Made by a program: the position numbers and the translations under genes
Part shown: piece by piece, positions 47,127 through 57,168 of the stretch
How the letters are laid out: each line of letters opens with the position of its first letter
Position numbering within the stretch: the stretch's first letter is position 1
The notes under the pieces: model-generated
What the model was told of the DNA's origin: nothing
Databases searched by the model: none
Seen by the model: only the letters and a program-made list of their open reading frames with translations
NCBI GenBank assembly: GCA_044070495.1
Contig: JBIPSI010000012.1
Coordinates: forward strand, 64,001 to 128,000
DNA: 64,000 nt
DNA from: Spirulina sp.
GTDB taxonomy: Bacteria > Cyanobacteriota > Cyanobacteriia > Phormidesmidales > Phormidesmidaceae
Direction of reading: 5' to 3'

Positions 47127-47950
47127 GTTAGTTGACCCTTTCTTCCTCTTTCTTTGAGTTCATTTTGATAACGAAAAGTGTAAATAGAAAGAATTGCCTG
47201 AATAAAGCGCAGTTTCTCTTGTTCACTGCCGAGCTTAATTAAGGATAGAGCAATACTTAATCCTCCAGTGCCAATGGCAATCCCCCATCCGATAGGCCCT
47301 GCTAATGCGCCAAGAACAGCTACTTGGAGTGCTTTCTGTCCCATTACATTAATCAAAAGCCATGCCATAAATCCTCGTGTAAGCTGCTGAAGCATTACGC
47401 CAGCAACAAGTGGAACGGCAATGGGGACAGCGCCACCAATACCACCAAAAAGCAAATAATAGACTGAATTATTAATTTCTTGCTCTGTGAATTTCCGATT
47501 ATACCTTCCTTCTAGATCCTTTTTTACCGTATCAACAAATTTATCTTTATCCTGATCGCTAGATTCTTTCCAAAGAAGTAAAAATATATCTCTAGCAACC
47601 GTAACCATTAAATCAGAGTCATTCAACTTATCTTTAGAATCTAGTGCTTTTAGATCTTTGACTACCTGATCTCTCTGAGATTGATTCTCAGGCTTGACTG
47701 TTTTCTTACCTAAAACTTCTAGAACGTAATCTCTCCACAGAACAAGAACTCTATAGGACTCTGAAGGTAGTTTCTGCTTTGCTGAAGCATAATGCTCTCT
47801 GAGTTTAGTTTTTATTCTTGCATTAAGATGGCTCTTCTGATTAATTTCATTGAATGATTGATACTCTTTAGCCTTGTTAACACCTAGAGTTTCTGCTACT
47901 GATTTAAGTTGATCTAGCTGTAAATCATTTATTGTCGCAAATAAACTCAT
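47123..47950 (-). CDS. Hypothetical protein with Gly-rich hydrophobic C-terminus, possibly YaaW-like (AT-rich)
   Basis: LAGPIGWGIAIG; ATGA overlap with the next gene. Confidence 0.7.
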   Translation of the reverse strand: MSLFATINDLQLDQLKSVAETLGVNKAKEYQSFNEINQKSHLNARIKTKLREHYASAKQKLPSESYRVLVLWRDYVLEVLGKKTVKPENQSQRDQVVKDLKALDSKDKLNDSDLMVTVARDIFLLLWKESSDQDKDKFVDTVKKDLEGRYNRKFTEQEINNSVYYLLFGGIGGAVPIAVPLVAGVMLQQLTRGFMAWLLINVMGQKALQVAVLGALAGPIGWGIAIGTGGLSIALSLIKLGSEQEKLRFIQAILSIYTFRYQNELKERGRKGQLT

Positions 47951-48031
47951 ATCTTGACCTCAAAGAGATTTTGACTCCAGGAATTTGACTCCAGAGAATA
48001 TCTTTTCAAGATTTTCTGGTATTCTAACGAA

Positions 48032-48370
48032 TCAAGCCACTGCGAAACCTGTATGCTGTCGTATTCTAGGATGACGGAAACCTAATACAATATCTTTTCT
48101 AGAAACCCCTGCCTGCATTAAATCTGTGGCTACTCCTTCTTCAGTGTCATCATATTGCACCCAAACCTTATCGCCAACTAAGCTGATGTGGATTGGGGTT
48201 GAGTGAAGGTAACGATCACCGTTCCAGCCCATATCTAGAATCAGGTATTGTCCTCGTTCATCATCAAAGACGAGTTGAGAGGTGTAACCATCAGGCAATG
48301 CGGCACGATAATCAGCGTGATTTTGCAAAACTTTTTTGATGATGGCTTGGTATCTCAGTCGGGTATCCAT
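48032..48370 (-). CDS. xisI: XisI-family protein
   Basis: FDDERGQYL..MGW, KVWVQYDDTEEGVATDL, IVLGF. Confidence 0.92.
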   Translation of the reverse strand: MDTRLRYQAIIKKVLQNHADYRAALPDGYTSQLVFDDERGQYLILDMGWNGDRYLHSTPIHISLVGDKVWVQYDDTEEGVATDLMQAGVSRKDIVLGFRHPRIRQHTGFAVA

Positions 48371-48774
48371 TGTACAATTGCCTCACTTTCATCATCGAAG
48401 ACCAATAATTTGACTATCTGATTTTTGAGTAATACCTGTCCTAATTCTATCGTGAACACACTGTTGAAGGTTGGTTGAGTTACGGCTAGATAAAGGCTAC
48501 GCTCGATGCCCATTTCATTGAGAATCTGACGATACAGAACATACTGTCCTAGTGCCTGTTCCAAATCTCTAACATCTGACTGACCTACAAAGCTTTTTAC
48601 TTCAACAACGATGCGCTGGAATCCCCGTTCAGCGCTAATTAGCCGCTCAGCACCCAAATCAGCCGATAGACGCTTCTTGCCGATCTGAAGTGGAAAGGGA
48701 TCATGGGTGATTGTCCATCCATCCTTTTGTAGAGCACGTCTTACAGCGTCATGGTAAATGTCTTTTGCTGGCAC
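48355..48774 (-). CDS. xisH: XisH-family protein
   Basis: AKDIYHDAVRRALQKDGWTITHDP, VEVKSF, ALGQY. Confidence 0.93.
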   Translation of the reverse strand: MPAKDIYHDAVRRALQKDGWTITHDPFPLQIGKKRLSADLGAERLISAERGFQRIVVEVKSFVGQSDVRDLEQALGQYVLYRQILNEMGIERSLYLAVTQPTFNSVFTIELGQVLLKNQIVKLLVFDDESEAIVQWIPD

Positions 48775-48848
48775 AGAAACCCTGAAGTAATGAAACTAAC
48801 TGATCAGATCCCAGGGTTCTCGGAGAACCCTGGGATCTTGGCATACTC

Positions 48849-51800
48849 CTAGGCCAACTCTGATCGCACGTTCTCCTCAATAATGGCCACCTGTTCATTA
48901 GTCAGGCCCAGTTCTTCCTGAAGCTCCAGCAGTTGGGCCTGTTCTTCCAGGTCAACTTCGCCATCATTTTCGATGAACGCCCGGAACATCAGGCCATATT
49001 CGGCGGCGGCTTGTTCGATGGTGTCTTGGGGTTGGTATTGGGCCGCAATCGCATTTGCCTGTTCTACCGAAACCCCATACTTCACCCGGAATTTCTCCAA
49101 CAGTTCTAGTTCCGTGGCAGAAGGATTGCCGCGACGGTAGCAGGTATCGACCAGTTTGGTGTATTTGCCCAGATTTTCATCGGCGGAGGCTGGGTTGGGT
49201 TGGGGCGCACTGCTGTGCGCCCGTACAGGATCTTGGGGAGCGGCGGTAGGTTGGGGCGCGGGATTTTCGCCAGGAATAAACAGTCGGTGGGTGGTGACGA
49301 AATTAGAAATCGCCGCCTGGATGCGTTTGTAGTCGTCGCTGTCGGGGCCACCGGGGAGGGTTTGTTCCTGCTGTTGTAGGTAGGTCATCACCTGGGCGTA
49401 GAGGGTTTGTTTTTGGGGTTTGGTGGCGGCCTGTTCACCAATGGCGCGAATGGCATTGTCTAGGGTTTCGGCGAGGCGGCGGTTTTGGTCGGTGAGGAGG
49501 AAGTCTTCGGCCTCTTGCCAGGTGGCCCCCATCACGTCGGTTTTGTCGAAGCCCGTGAGCTTGTCGCGGTAGGTAAATTTGATTTCCCCAAAGCCCGTCA
49601 CCCGGTTCTCCTCCTCGCGCACCAGGCCCAGGGCGTTGGCCAGCATCAGGTTATAGCGGGCCTGCCGTTCGTTGCTGGTTTCGGGCATGATGTCGCCGAA
49701 CTGGCGGTAATCTTGGTGGGTGTGGAGGGGGTTGTGGTCGGCCTGGGAAACGGCGCGGTAGAGGGATCGCATCCGTTCCATGCCCTCAATCATCCGCAGG
49801 GGAAAGGCTCCGGTTTCCTGCACAAAATAGATGTGGTAGGGGTCGTTGAGGGGGCGAATTTCCTTGTCGGTGACGGTGCTGGTTTTGCGGATCATCGGCA
49901 GCAGGGCCGACACGGCGGGGTCGGTGGGTTTGCTGCCACCCTGGATGCCCACCAGCTTTTGGTATTTCTCCAGTTTGTCGTCCCAGCCCAGTTTTTTCTG
50001 CTCTTGGCTGAGGCGCAGAAAGGCTTCGGATTTCTCGAAGGTAGTTTTGATTTGGGCTTCCTGCATTTCCACGGTGGGGTATTGTTCCAGGAACTTGCGG
50101 GCGGTGGAAATGTCGAGTTGGCTGCGGCGACGGAACACTTCCATCGATTGACCCAATAGCCGTTCGTAGAGGTCTTTGGTTTTTAGGGTATCAAATTGGT
50201 AGAGATCAAACAGGCGCAGACGCAACTCTTCAAGCACCTGTTGAGAAAGGGTTTGGCAGAGGGTTTCTTCCTGATCAGCAACGGTTTTGCTGTAGGCGGC
50301 GTCGATTTCCTTTTCGTCGTAGAGCAAGATGCCGTTGACGGTAAGTCCCCCGGTTTCGCGGGTGTAGACGCGCTCTTTGTCCTTCAGCTCGGTGTGGACG
50401 TTGGCTAGGACAGTTTCAAAGGCGGTGAGATCCACCAAAAGCTGATCAATTTCCTCCCGTAGGCCATCCAGCAGCATGACCCCCAGGGTGCGGGCTTTGA
50501 CTTCTACTTTGGACACATAGATCTGCTCTAGCGCCTGCATAATGCCATTGAAATCGTCTTCAATCACCTTTTTGCGATTGAGCATTAGCATTTGCTGAGC
50601 GTGGTTATCGATTTGCTTCAGCAGGGTTTGTAGGGCGTTTTGGGCCGAGCGTTCTTTGGGCAACCAGTTTTTCTGACGATCTTGATCAAACTTGCTGCGG
50701 AAGTCGGCAAAAACTTCGATTAAGACTTCCAAAAACTGCCGAGTAAACTTTGGCCCCCGGAAGCGATCTTCCACCATTTGATACACCGTGGCCCGCAGTT
50801 CCTTGCGCTTTTCAGGAATCAGCCAACTGAGGTTATCCCACATTTTTTGGAAGTAGTCGCTCCAGCGTTTGGGGTCGGTGCCCGTATCGTGGAAGTGGGG
50901 GGCGTATTTCTCCTGCTCGTTGGAGATAAACCGCTGCAAATTCTCGAAGGGAATATTCAGATCGTTGCGACGCTTGCGGATGCCCGCCGCCCAGTCCGCC
51001 ACCTCCTTAGCGTAGGGCTTCTTGTTATCGCCCATGCTGATGCTGTCGATGATCTGGTGGTCGTGCTCAGATTCTGCCAAAAACAGTCCCGGCAAAATCT
51101 CGGTGCGAATCAAATCCGACATCGCCGAAGGAGCTGGGGTGGGATTACTCCACCAGTCCACCAATTTACCCGCCAGCCGCGCCGAACAAGCATTCAACAC
51201 CCGCTCCACCGGAAACTGAATACTCGACAGGCCAAAGCTCATAAAGTTTTGGGGATAGCCCAGGGCATCGGGGCTGGCCCAGTGTTTGCGGACGTTGTCT
51301 CGCACCATTTTTTTGTACTGGCTAAAGCCGGAGGTGAAATCCAAAAACACGTTCTGGGAGACCATTTCTAGCACGTTACCCAGGGTAGGAAACGTCACCT
51401 TGTCGTTGCTGTTGCCCACCAAATAGGTGAAATTAAAGGGCATATCCAGGCCGCTTTGGCTGGTGATGCGGTCGCTCTGGCTGTCGCTGTACTGCACATC
51501 AAAACGGGTATCGCCTCGGCTGAAGTGATTGAGTTCCATCAGCGCCGCGTAGGCATTGGCAATCACCCGATCCCCCAGGCCCGAAAAGGCCCCTGGCAAC
51601 ACCAAAAAGGCACTGGTCTGGGGTAGTTCGGAAATCGGCACCCAGTCCCGCAGGTTGTAGGCCAAATCCAACACCATGCCGGAACCCGTACCGCCAGATA
51701 GGGAACAGACCACAAAAATATTGATGCCCTTATCCAACTGGACTTTCCACCGATCCAGCATGAATTTCTCATGGCCAACGATGCGTCCCTTGGCCTTATT

Positions 51801-52205
51801 GAAATAGTCCTTAATCAGCGGGTAATTCAAGCTAAAAGCAAATCGCCCCAGGGCACGAATTTGCCCCGCCCCCGCCAAAATAGAATCCGTTCCCTTCAGT
51901 TCGCTGGGGAACCATTCATCCAAATAGCTGTAGGCGGAAAGCTTATTCAAAATCGCCTTGGCATCCTCCACCTTGGCCCAAATTTGCTCAATGGGTCGCA
52001 GGGAAATATCCTGTTTCAGCACCGTCTGCGCCTCAGATACCCGCGCATTTTGCTCGGTATCGATATGCAGAAATGACACAATTGGCAACGCATCCAACGA
52101 TCCGTACTGCTCCACAATCATGCGGCGGATTTTAATCAAAATCTCTTTGCCAGTTCCCCCCAAACCAATGATGACGGTGGGGGTCATGCCTGTGTATTCG
52201 CTCAT
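48849..52205 (-). CDS. Large protein with N-terminal tubulin/FtsZ-like GTPase domain
   Basis: IIGLGGTG, GAGQIRALGR, SLSGGTGSG, ANAYAALMEL; start MSEYT at 52205. Confidence 0.88.
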   Translation of the reverse strand: MSEYTGMTPTVIIGLGGTGKEILIKIRRMIVEQYGSLDALPIVSFLHIDTEQNARVSEAQTVLKQDISLRPIEQIWAKVEDAKAILNKLSAYSYLDEWFPSELKGTDSILAGAGQIRALGRFAFSLNYPLIKDYFNKAKGRIVGHEKFMLDRWKVQLDKGINIFVVCSLSGGTGSGMVLDLAYNLRDWVPISELPQTSAFLVLPGAFSGLGDRVIANAYAALMELNHFSRGDTRFDVQYSDSQSDRITSQSGLDMPFNFTYLVGNSNDKVTFPTLGNVLEMVSQNVFLDFTSGFSQYKKMVRDNVRKHWASPDALGYPQNFMSFGLSSIQFPVERVLNACSARLAGKLVDWWSNPTPAPSAMSDLIRTEILPGLFLAESEHDHQIIDSISMGDNKKPYAKEVADWAAGIRKRRNDLNIPFENLQRFISNEQEKYAPHFHDTGTDPKRWSDYFQKMWDNLSWLIPEKRKELRATVYQMVEDRFRGPKFTRQFLEVLIEVFADFRSKFDQDRQKNWLPKERSAQNALQTLLKQIDNHAQQMLMLNRKKVIEDDFNGIMQALEQIYVSKVEVKARTLGVMLLDGLREEIDQLLVDLTAFETVLANVHTELKDKERVYTRETGGLTVNGILLYDEKEIDAAYSKTVADQEETLCQTLSQQVLEELRLRLFDLYQFDTLKTKDLYERLLGQSMEVFRRRSQLDISTARKFLEQYPTVEMQEAQIKTTFEKSEAFLRLSQEQKKLGWDDKLEKYQKLVGIQGGSKPTDPAVSALLPMIRKTSTVTDKEIRPLNDPYHIYFVQETGAFPLRMIEGMERMRSLYRAVSQADHNPLHTHQDYRQFGDIMPETSNERQARYNLMLANALGLVREEENRVTGFGEIKFTYRDKLTGFDKTDVMGATWQEAEDFLLTDQNRRLAETLDNAIRAIGEQAATKPQKQTLYAQVMTYLQQQEQTLPGGPDSDDYKRIQAAISNFVTTHRLFIPGENPAPQPTAAPQDPVRAHSSAPQPNPASADENLGKYTKLVDTCYRRGNPSATELELLEKFRVKYGVSVEQANAIAAQYQPQDTIEQAAAEYGLMFRAFIENDGEVDLEEQAQLLELQEELGLTNEQVAIIEENVRSELA

Positions 52206-52512
52206 AGCTGGGACACCGAAGGTAGGTGAAGGATGGTGGACACGGACTGCTCCTAGTCTAGCCAGCAATCCACGGCCCTGCCCCTAAGCTAGACCAGCCC
52301 TAGGGCTTGCCCCCGCAATCTTCAAGAAAATTCGAGAATTGGAACGGGAAAGCTCATGTAAAGCGGGTTTTCATCCGTTGTAGGACACTGTTAGGCGAAG
52401 CGGTAACGCACCTTTACCTAAGACTGGTACCCACCCTCAAGCGCTGATGCATTACGCTGGAGCTAATGTAGCCTACCGATCTCGAATTCTGGCTCACAGC
52501 AAGCTATCGCCC

Positions 52513-52848
52513 ATGAATACCCAACTGGCCAATTCCCTTGCAGAAGCCGTATCAGCCCTTCCTCTGGAAGACTTTCAGGCGTTTCAGGTAGCCCTACTGG
52601 ATCATATGGTGCAAAAAACGCCGGGGGTCGCTGGGGGCCATGCCTGCATTCGCCAGACCCGCATTGCTGTGTGGACACTGATTTCCCTCACCCATCAAGG
52701 AATGGACGATGAGCGGATCTTGAGCAACTTTCCAGGGTTAACCCCCCTAGATCTTTTAGCGGCCAAAGCCTACTACCAGACCTGCCAGGCCGAAATTGAT
52801 GCTTTGATCACCTCTCACCACAGCGAGGATGGTTGGGATGAGGTTTAG
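52513..52848 (+). CDS. DUF433-domain antitoxin-like protein
   Basis: KTPGVAGGHACIRQTRIAVW. Confidence 0.85.
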   Translation: MNTQLANSLAEAVSALPLEDFQAFQVALLDHMVQKTPGVAGGHACIRQTRIAVWTLISLTHQGMDDERILSNFPGLTPLDLLAAKAYYQTCQAEIDALITSHHSEDGWDEV

Positions 52849-53230
52849 GTTCTATGCCAATGAGAACTTAACGGCAGAATTAGTCGAGGCACTACGAAAA
52901 CTGGGTCACGATGTTTTGACCTCCTACGAAGCGGGGACTGCCAATCAACGCATTCCCGATAATCAGGTTTTAGCGAATGCTACCGCTGACGAACGGGCGG
53001 TGCTCACCTTCAATCGCGATGATTTTTTAGCCTTGCATCGTAGCGGAATCAATCACAGCGGCATTGTGGTGTGCAAGGACAACAGTGATGAGCAAAAGCT
53101 CAGCCACGCTCTGAACGACTACCTCGCAACGCAGGACACCCTAAACGACCGATTACTAAGGGTTATGCAACGGAATCAGCCTGGACTCAGTCAGCCCGTG
53201 TTCATCGTGCGTGAGTATGGCCGCTGTTAA
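52838..53230 (+). CDS. DUF5615 PIN-like toxin
   Basis: FYANENL, GHDVLT, IPDNQVL, VLTFNRDDF, HSGI. Confidence 0.85.
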   Translation: MRFRFYANENLTAELVEALRKLGHDVLTSYEAGTANQRIPDNQVLANATADERAVLTFNRDDFLALHRSGINHSGIVVCKDNSDEQKLSHALNDYLATQDTLNDRLLRVMQRNQPGLSQPVFIVREYGRC

Positions 53231-53258
53231 AGTCGGGCATCGAAGGGATTTAGATCGA

Positions 53259-53501
53259 TCAATAAATCTCGGGTTCGGGCTGGGGGACGGCGAAGTTAGA
53301 GGGGTCGTTGAGGTAGCGCAGGGCGTCTTCCTCTAGGCGATGGATAAGGTAAGGCTCTAGGGCATCGGCGTGGCGCAGGGCGGCCAAGTAGCCTTCTAAG
53401 AAGAGGCGGAGGTCGCTGGTGCGATAGCCTCGGTGCCAATGGTCTACAAAGGCATCGGTTATCCGCTGATAGTAACGAACCGCTTTGGCATCCTGAAGCA
53501 T
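53259..53501 (-). CDS. Conserved small cyanobacterial protein (DUF6761-like)
   Basis: MLQD...RYYQRITD...GYLAALR...IHRLEE; recognised from memory. Confidence 0.7.
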   Translation of the reverse strand: MLQDAKAVRYYQRITDAFVDHWHRGYRTSDLRLFLEGYLAALRHADALEPYLIHRLEEDALRYLNDPSNFAVPQPEPEIY

Positions 53502-53788
53502 AGGTCTTTTGGTAATGGCTCCACTACGATGGGGGATCTAGGCGTCCCCCTATTGAATAAAGTTCCCACTTTTGAGAGAACGACACCCTACCCCTTAATG
53601 TAGCTTCATAGTCGAGTGAGGGAAGTTCGTGTTAACAACTTCTTATTGTTTACATTTACCATTCTAGCGGATATCCCCATGGCCCTGGGGGCGGTGCGGT
53701 GCGGTGTTGGGCAGGGCCATTTCTGGGGCTGGCGCAACGCGCTAAGATAGGAAGCTGCGTCCTAGTATTACCTCCAGAGCGACACCCT

Positions 53789-55150
53789 ATGTCTGGTTCC
53801 GCCCGTCAATACCACATCACCACCTTCGGCTGCCAAATGAACAAAGCCGACTCTGAACGCATGGCAGGGATTCTGGACGACATGGGCATGGTGTGGACGG
53901 ATGACCCCTACCAGGCCGATGTGGTGCTGTACAACACCTGCACCATTCGCGACAACGCCGAGCAAAAGGTCTATTCCTATCTGGGGCGGCAGGCCAAACG
54001 CAAGCAGGAGAAGCCGGATCTGACCCTGATTGTGGCGGGTTGTGTGGCCCAGCAAGAAGGGGAATCCCTGCTGCGGCGGGTGCCAGAACTGGATTTGATT
54101 ATGGGGCCGCAGCACGCCAACCGTCTGCAAGATTTGCTGGAACAGGTGATGGACGGCAACCAGGTCGTCGCCACCGAGTCCATCGACATTATGGAGGACA
54201 TCACCAAGCCCCGCCGCGACAGCGACGTAACGGCCTGGGTGAACGTGATCTACGGCTGCAACGAGCGCTGTACCTACTGCGTGGTACCCGGTGTGCGCGG
54301 CATCGAGCAATCCCGCACGCCGGAAGCTATTCGGGCAGAAATGGAGGAACTGGGTCGCCAGGGCTTTAAGGAAGTGACCCTGTTGGGCCAAAATATCGAC
54401 GCCTACGGACGGGATTTGCCCGGTTCCACCGCCGATGGCCGCCACCAGCACACCTTCACCGACCTGCTGTACTTCGTCCACGATGTCCCCGGCATCGAGC
54501 GCATCCGCTTTGCCACCAGCCACCCCCGCTACTTCACCGAGCGGCTGATTCGCGCCTGTGCCGAACTGCCCAAGGTCTGCGAACATTTCCACATCCCCTT
54601 CCAGTCGGGCGACAACGATGTTCTCAAAGCCATGGCACGGGGCTACACCCACGAAAAATATCGCCGCATCATCGACACCCTCCGCCGCTACATGCCCGAC
54701 GCCGCCATCAGTGCCGATGCCATTGTGGGCTTTCCCGGCGAAACCGAGGAACAGTTCCAGCACACCCTCGATCTGGTCAACGACATCGCCTTCGACCAAC
54801 TGAACACCGCCGCCTACTCCCCCCGCCCCGGCACCCCCGCCGCCCTGTGGGAAAACCAGCTTTCCGAAGACGTCAAGGCCGACCGTCTGCAACGGCTGAA
54901 TCACCTCGTCGCCCAAAAGGCCGCCGAACGCTCCCAGCGCTACCAGGGCCGTATCGAAGAGGTGCTGGTGGAAGCCACCAACCCCAAAAATCCCGCCCAG
55001 GTGATGGGCCGCACCCGTGGCAATCGCCTCACCTTCTTCCCTGGAGACATCGCCACAATGAAGGGTGAATTAATCCAGGTGAAAATCACCGAAGTCCGGC
55101 CTTTTAGTCTTACCGGAGATCCCCTCCAAGCGCTAGTAACTGCTGGGTAG
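53789..55150 (+). CDS. miaB: tRNA-i6A37 methylthiotransferase
   Basis: [26 protein letters not shown] radical-SAM motif, C-terminal TRAM domain. Confidence 0.97.
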   Translation: MSGSARQYHITTFGCQMNKADSERMAGILDDMGMVWTDDPYQADVVLYNTCTIRDNAEQKVYSYLGRQAKRKQEKPDLTLIVAGCVAQQEGESLLRRVPELDLIMGPQHANRLQDLLEQVMDGNQVVATESIDIMEDITKPRRDSDVTAWVNVIYGCNERCTYCVVPGVRGIEQSRTPEAIRAEMEELGRQGFKEVTLLGQNIDAYGRDLPGSTADGRHQHTFTDLLYFVHDVPGIERIRFATSHPRYFTERLIRACAELPKVCEHFHIPFQSGDNDVLKAMARGYTHEKYRRIIDTLRRYMPDAAISADAIVGFPGETEEQFQHTLDLVNDIAFDQLNTAAYSPRPGTPAALWENQLSEDVKADRLQRLNHLVAQKAAERSQRYQGRIEEVLVEATNPKNPAQVMGRTRGNRLTFFPGDIATMKGELIQVKITEVRPFSLTGDPLQALVTAG

Positions 55151-55198
55151 AGCAGCCTCAAGCACTCTGAACCGCCAACCTCAATTAGGAGATTTTCG

Positions 55199-55423
55199 AT
55201 GCAGGTACACCTTGATCTGCCAGACTCCATCAACGTTGATGCGACCTATGTCCAAGAGGCCCTGATGGCGGTGCTGTACTCTACGGGCAAGGTATCTGCC
55301 CACCAAGCCTGTCAAATTCTTAATCGAACTCGTCGGTCTTTTGAGGAAATGCCGCCTCAGTATGGTGTCTCGGTGCTAGTCGATAGCGACGATAACCTAG
55401 CTATTGAATTGGATGTTGAATGA
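55199..55423 (+). CDS. UPF0175-family antitoxin-like protein
   Basis: LYSTGKVSAHQACQIL.RTRRSFEE. Confidence 0.75.
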   Translation: MQVHLDLPDSINVDATYVQEALMAVLYSTGKVSAHQACQILNRTRRSFEEMPPQYGVSVLVDSDDNLAIELDVE

Positions 55424-55851
55424 CATTAGCTGCAATTGTGAGTGATACTGGGCCATTGATCAGCCTGGAAAAGTTATCGGTGGGCTACGGCTGGATGCAA
55501 CAAATCTATGGGCAGATTTTGATTCCTAACGTTGTAGCCTAGGAACTCTATCAAGCTATGTTCCCTAACTGGGACGCTTACCGAAATCACTATGGCATCA
55601 GGGGCTTTATCGTTGTTGTGGATATGGCCGACATGGCAGCCTTCCCAGGATGCGAACGGTTAGATATCGGAGAAAGGCAAGCGATCCAACTGGCATGGCA
55701 GAAAGATTTGCCTTTATTGATTGAGGAAGAGCAAGGCAGGCAGGTTGCCCAAGCACTAGGTCTTTGGCAAAAGGCTATACGCTGGGCTGATGGAAGCGCT
55801 GTAGCGATAAACGTTCCAAAGGCCGGAGGGGTGGCAGCCTTGGTGTGGTGA
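55420..55851 (+). pseudogene. DUF3368/PIN toxin pseudogene
   Basis: MTLAAIVSDTGPLISLEK..., in-frame TAG at 55540-55542, then LDIGERQAIQLA...LLIEE. Confidence 0.75.
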
Positions 55852-55933
55852 AGGATATCCTTAAATAAGCGGATCAGGTAATGCCACCTAGAAGATGCAG
55901 GCTGACTGTTGTTGCCTATCAGGCTTGATAAGA

Positions 55934-56092
55934 ATGCCAGCGCAATTCATCCATGGTTATCCATTACTCGTTGGAGTGGGTAGGACTTTAGATCCACGGT
56001 TCTCGTTGCCTGTAACGGTTCAAGATGCTCAGGCGATCAAAGATTCGGGACATAGAATATTGGACGAGGCTACCAAGGCCTACTGTATTTAA
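55934..56092 (+). pseudogene. N-terminal remnant of a caspase-family (C14) gene
   Basis: FIHGYPLLVGVG...SLPVTVQDAQAI resembles the first strand and helix of bacterial metacaspases. Confidence 0.5.
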
Positions 56093-56485
56093 TTTCCCAT
56101 GATTTTAATCCCCAGGCCGTTGATCAAACCGTACTCTCAGCCGAGACGTTGGGTGCATGGGGGAGGTGCTGAAGGTTCTGAGGTGAGCCGTGCCGCCGTT
56201 GCGGTTTGAGTTTGGGTAGCAGGTGGTCGGCGAAATCTTGCATGGGATCCGTTTCTGAGAACTCGTCCTGGCTTTCACGGGTTGGGGGAGAAGTCTCTCA
56301 GAATCAGTCAACCGCAGAAAATTCAATCTTTTCGGCCCATAAGCCCCCGCGTTTGACCAACAAAAGTTAACATAGGTATTAACAAAACTTTAGTCAGGTC
56401 AGATAGGGCTGAGTCGTCCTCCACAGACGCGTTTTCCCTAGGCTTGACACCCCCCTCACCCTACCGACGCAGGAGCTACTGAGTT

Positions 56486-56896
56486 ATGACTGGATTTATT
56501 CGCGGTTTGTTTGGCGGCAAGGCCAAGAACCCCGGCGAAGCGGATCGTCCCGCCAAGGCCAAGCCACAGCCCAGCATCGAATCCGCTGGCGGTTCCTACT
56601 ACCTCGATCCCGATGACGCCAAGAGCTTTGGCAACATCGAATACATGCGTTCCTCCAAAACCGTGCGCCGTACCTTTGCCAAAAAGCGGGGCGAAACCGA
56701 GGAAAAGGAAAGCATCCGCAAAGTCTCCGCCATGGAAGCGGTGAAGCTAGATGAGAGCGGTCTGCCCAAGGCCAAAACCATCCCCACCGAGTCCACCGTG
56801 CCGTCCACCACCCCCAGCAGCTTTACCAGCCGCAACCTCAAAACCGACACTAACCTCGATATGTTCCGCAAAATGGCTAAGGACATCAAAAAGTAG
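56486..56896 (+). CDS. Hypothetical protein
   Basis: Host-like codon usage; YYLDPDDAKSFGNIEYMR, DMFRKMAKDIKK. Confidence 0.8.
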   Translation: MTGFIRGLFGGKAKNPGEADRPAKAKPQPSIESAGGSYYLDPDDAKSFGNIEYMRSSKTVRRTFAKKRGETEEKESIRKVSAMEAVKLDESGLPKAKTIPTESTVPSTTPSSFTSRNLKTDTNLDMFRKMAKDIKK

Positions 56897-57168
56897 TCCA
56901 TTGCCTACGCTAACCCCAAAACGTTGTAACAGGATGTAGCTCTTTAGCTATGTCCTGTTTTCTTTGTAGATTTATTGCGCTATCGCGATCTCCCCAAAAA
57001 GCCTGGGCAGGATCGTTCGCCAAAAATAACCGCAAGTTGGCGTGGGAACCTTGCCTCACCGGGTTCTGCCAATTGCAAGATGCTGTATTCACCTCAAGAT
57101 TTATGTGCCTAACGTTCTTCTTCAACGGTGGTAGACAACTTTGATTAAGCTGCAAGGGAATTGTTATC

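Noticed and set aside
46020..48031. Integron attC-like ends around the AT-rich pair (also near 57105 and 60420-60510)
   Set aside because: Only isolated CTAAC/GTTAG words; no convincing paired R/L boxes and no integrase
48032..48774. xisH/xisI as evidence of an fdxN-type excision element
   Set aside because: No recombinase or interrupted gene nearby; xisHI pairs are commonly dispersed in cyanobacterial genomes
53768..54916. 382-aa antisense ORF over miaB, and similar antisense ORFs over GTs, kinase, tubulin-like gene, ABC-F and gpmI
   Set aside because: Shadow ORFs expected from GC-rich codon bias opposite well-supported genes
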